Source of the DNA: Catajapyx aquilonaris
Lineage: Eukaryota
Direction: 5' to 3'
Assembly: GCA_000934665.2 (NCBI GenBank)
Contig: KZ538295.1
Coordinates: 248,001-312,000 of the forward strand
Length of the DNA: 64,000 nucleotides
The notes under the pieces are model-generated. The model did no database searches and was not told the origin of the DNA. It worked only from the letters and a program-made list of their open reading frames with translations. The stretch's first letter is position 1. Every line of letters begins with the position of its first letter. This document shows, piece after piece, positions 60,301 through 64,000 of the stretch. Position numbers and translations under genes: made by a program.

Positions 60301-63300
60301 GGCATTGTTCAGATGGGAACAGTCAGCGCCAGAAGAAAATGGAGTTAGCAACCTTGACAGGTCGACCACACTTGGGCTTCGGAGGGAAAGAAGAAGAAGC
60401 AGTTGACCTCCGGTGACACCCGAGATGGGTCTGCCATATGAGCACAACAAAGAAGAGTCTGGTGGTCGTCACCCCAGGGGTTGCTGGAAGGAAACAAAAG
60501 CCTTGTGGGGGTGGGTTTTCCGGCCAGGACCTTTCCTTTCCCCTCCTCATCTTTCGGCAGAGGATGCTGAGAGCTCCGATGACTCCTAGGAAAAAGAAAG
60601 ATGGGCCATGACTTCTTTTAACAGCCGACCCCCTTGAGGCATGTGCCCTAAATTCCGGCATGGGAAATGGTCACTATTACAATTTTTTTTTTAAAGGCGA
60701 AACAACTGATAATAATTTCGTCCCTTGCAAGTAGTGTATATGGGTTGTATCTAAGGGGGGGTGGGGAATGGGCCAGCAAGCTGCCGAAAATAACACCTTC
60801 GCCACACTTCGCAGGAATCGGGGACCACAATTTGGCTCTCACTATCACTTCCGGTTCCATCTCATCCAGCACAAAAAAGAAACTAGCAACTTTCCTCCCT
60901 TAGAGCTAGAGAGAGAGAGAGAGAGTCATCCTCTTCTTCTTGGTTGCAATTTTGCGCTGATGGTGGGCGGATTCGGCAGAGTTGCGGCATAGGCCTTGCT
61001 TTGCTTGCTTGCTTGCTTGCGGAAGGGAGATAAGATGAAGAGGAAGCAGTTTCCTCTCTAAGCAAAAATTAAAAGAGTTTTTGCATAGGGAGGGGAGGAG
61101 GCAAACTGGCTCAAAAATAGAGTTTTGTTGCTTCAACTCGGCAGTAGTTAGGTGTGTGTGTGGTGGTGGGGGGGTGGAATTAGGTCCATTATTTCAAGAC
61201 TACCGGCACAGAACTTCCGTCAAATTTCGAAAAGGGCTGTAATGTGTGTAAACCTGGCAGAGGAAGTTAGTGTTGTGCAAAAAGAGGGCCTGCCGATTGG
61301 CATCGGGGCGAAAAAAGTGTGACGTTTTTCTGCTGCCTGGGTTGGAAAATGCGTGTTCTTTTGCGCGAGAATTGGCCACGACAAGGACACGTATATTTGC
61401 ATGGCTGGAAGGGGGGGAAGCTGGTTTTGGCAATGTTTTCGCAAAATTGAATGGACAGGACGTATAGTTAAGAATATGCGAATATGCACATTGAAAATGC
61501 AGAAAAAATATTTACTGATAAATACAGAGTGAAAAATCACTGATGACTAATCCTACATTCATCGTTGTAAAAATTAATTACAACTGTCTTCTCCGCAACG
61601 TCTAAATAAAATAAAATAAATAAGCAAATAATTTCATTCATATTTCTCCATTCATGACATATCCTGAATTTCATTCAACTATAGTAAATATTTTTATGAA
61701 TTTGGAGAGAAAGTTGCCAGCACATTGTAATACAGTCGTTGATTTGGTATGGATGTGACAATTGCAATTTATTCTGCGAGGATTAAAATTATTGATGTTA
61801 ATTAACTTCATTTTTTGTATAGGGAATTAGGTTTTCTTAATAACGGGCAAAGTTAATGGTTTCCTTTTTTTTGGTCCTGGATTATTGAAAGAGTGGTGGC
61901 ATAAAATAAACACTTCTTATCACTCTTGAGATAGGCAAGAAAAATTGTAGCGTTGAAAAGCTGGGATCGTGTCAGCCTTATCCTCCTATAAATATATATA
62001 TTTTTAAATTTTTGGAAAACATCAGCACCCACACGAAATTTAGAGTATGAAAAAACGCTCGTAGCATTTTTTTTTGTTGCATATACCACATTTGCAGCAA
62101 AATGAAGCATATCGATAATAATACGATACATTGCGATTTGATTGCCTCGATTAAAATTTGCATTGGCATTTGTGCTTATTCACTCAACATTAATCTAAAA
62201 ATAAATGATGTCAGCGTTTATATGTGAAACAAGCGATTCCACGCCTTAGAACAGGAAAAAAATGTGTGCTAGATGAAATGCCATGTGTCTCGTATATCTG
62301 TGGAAACATTCACGTGCAGGGGGCCCGTCTGGTTTTAATTCCTTTGAAGATGCGACGCAGAATAATCGGAGGAATTTTCTTACGTTGCTTGTAATTTCTT
62401 CCGTGTTTCTCGCTCTCGATTAGTATTCTTCAGTTTGGACTCAGACCAAGTCCCTTTTATTAAAACATGTCACTTTTGGTATTGTGGAATTTTTTTCTCT
62501 CACTTGTTTTCCAACCGTGTGCTCCTTGCTGGTTACGTTTCACGGGTGTGACAGACGGGTCGGAAAACTTGGGAAATATTTCAAAGGAACACGTCTCTTT
62601 TTAGTGCTGATAATGAGTATGGAGTAAGAAACGTGGCTACATGTCAGCAGGCGTTTGTTGGATCAGCTCAGACATCAGCAACGTCAGCAGTTTGGAAATA
62701 GCATTTATGTTGGAGAGATTAGATTATGCATAATTTTTGTACGAATATGATAGCGAAAATGGCGTACACATGAAGTAAATTTGGATCAGTGTAGGTGCAA
62801 TATGTTTAGTTACGAAACCATGATGTCGTAAGGTTCATTGTTTCATAATTTGCAAAAAAGTACTTTCTGGCAGACCAAATTCGCAAAAAAGGGGTTTGCA
62901 AAAAAACGTCCCCCCCCCCCTCTCAAAAATAATCAAAGAATACTGTCTACTCAGCGGCCAAAGAACGCGTTTCCTATTACTTGGATTGCATGCACGAGAC
63001 CGTGAATGATAAAGATGGGATGGTTGGAGCATCGAACACTTCCCTTGGAACTTGTCGGGAGATTGCGAGCCCTTTATGATAACGATTTTTGTTTCTTTAC
63101 AAAAAAAAAGAAAAAAAAGCCGATTCCAAAAGTGTACAAAAGTACCCATAGTAGATATAAAAAAGCGCAGTTTGCCTGCCGAAACAGAATTATATGGCTT
63201 CCGATGCGAATTTTCTCGAGCCATGTATTGTCGCCATCAGACTTTTTGGAAAGGATGGGAAGAGGAAAAAAAAAAAAGTGGCGTCGCAAAGCAATACAAA

Positions 63301-64000
63301 AGGTTATCTTCTGCTTTTGAAAAGCTAAAATCGTGGGCAATAAATATTAAAATGTGCTAACACGTATGCTTTCTTTTTTTTCGGGGAATGACAAACAGCG
63401 TCTGACAACTGCGGTTTTGAAGTTGGCAGAACCACGTTGTTTGTTATTAGTTTCGCAGCCATTCTTTGCTGCTTACACAAATATGCATCAACTTCCCCGT
63501 GTGTGAACTCTGATCCCCCTGCATATTGGGTCGGTTCATAAACAAGAATGGATTTACAATCCGGCCGGCAGAGCGCAACACTATCGCACATAGGCGGCAG
63601 CACCGTCGGGCAACATCGGACATAATTCAATCCCCCCTGTTTGCACTTTATTTGTGTCCCCATCATTTTTCGTCCCCTTTCTGATGGCAAAATGCGAAGC
63701 GGATATTTGTATAGATGGGGATGTGGAAAAAATGGAGAAAAGCGTTGGCAAAGCGGAAACCTTCGCCGATCATTGTGAATCGGCGATTTTCACGCAAGGA
63801 ATGGCTACCCCAAAAAGTTGGCCATTTCTCATTGTCTTCTTGAAATTCGGTCGGGCATTGAAAAGAGCGGCGGCGGACTCTCCGGATTTATTCGAATGGC
63901 CGTAGGGGTTAGAATTGGGAGGGGTCAGTCTCTATTTTTTTCTTCTTCTTTTCTGAAGGATAAAAAATGACAAAAAAGTATCTGATTCCAGAACCAGTGT

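Noticed and set aside
1..64000. Hox cluster or other named developmental locus
   Set aside because: Homeodomain-type, GAGA and CTCF-like motifs are suggestive, but I found no homeobox exon, miR-10, miR-993 or iab-4 by eye. The locus cannot be identified from this window.

Overview
This is eukaryotic, almost certainly non-coding DNA from a draft assembly: one 233-N gap at 47837-48069 and single Ns at G/C homopolymers. It looks like a large intergenic or intronic region of an animal genome, probably an arthropod given the interstitial (TTAGG)n. None of the listed ORFs resembles a protein family I recognise, and I found no tRNA, rRNA, CRISPR array or known miRNA by eye. The window alternates GC-richer, poly-G/C- and GAGA-rich unique blocks with AT-rich repeat-derived blocks. 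Well supported: three full and two partial copies of a non-autonomous Helitron-like family; TA-flanked CAGGGTG (Tc1/mariner-type) MITEs; a piggyBac-type MITE; foldback and minisatellite blocks; several local tandem duplications; microsatellites. Best leads: a CpG-rich candidate Pol II promoter and first exon near 55.3-55.8 kb, a 62-bp perfect inverted repeat with arms about 2.8 kb apart carrying CCAAT, NRF1/Ewg-like and CTCF-like motifs, a cluster of CTCF-like AGATGGCGC sites, and twin palindromes at 533-604. The sequence alone does not support a claim of a new multi-gene system.
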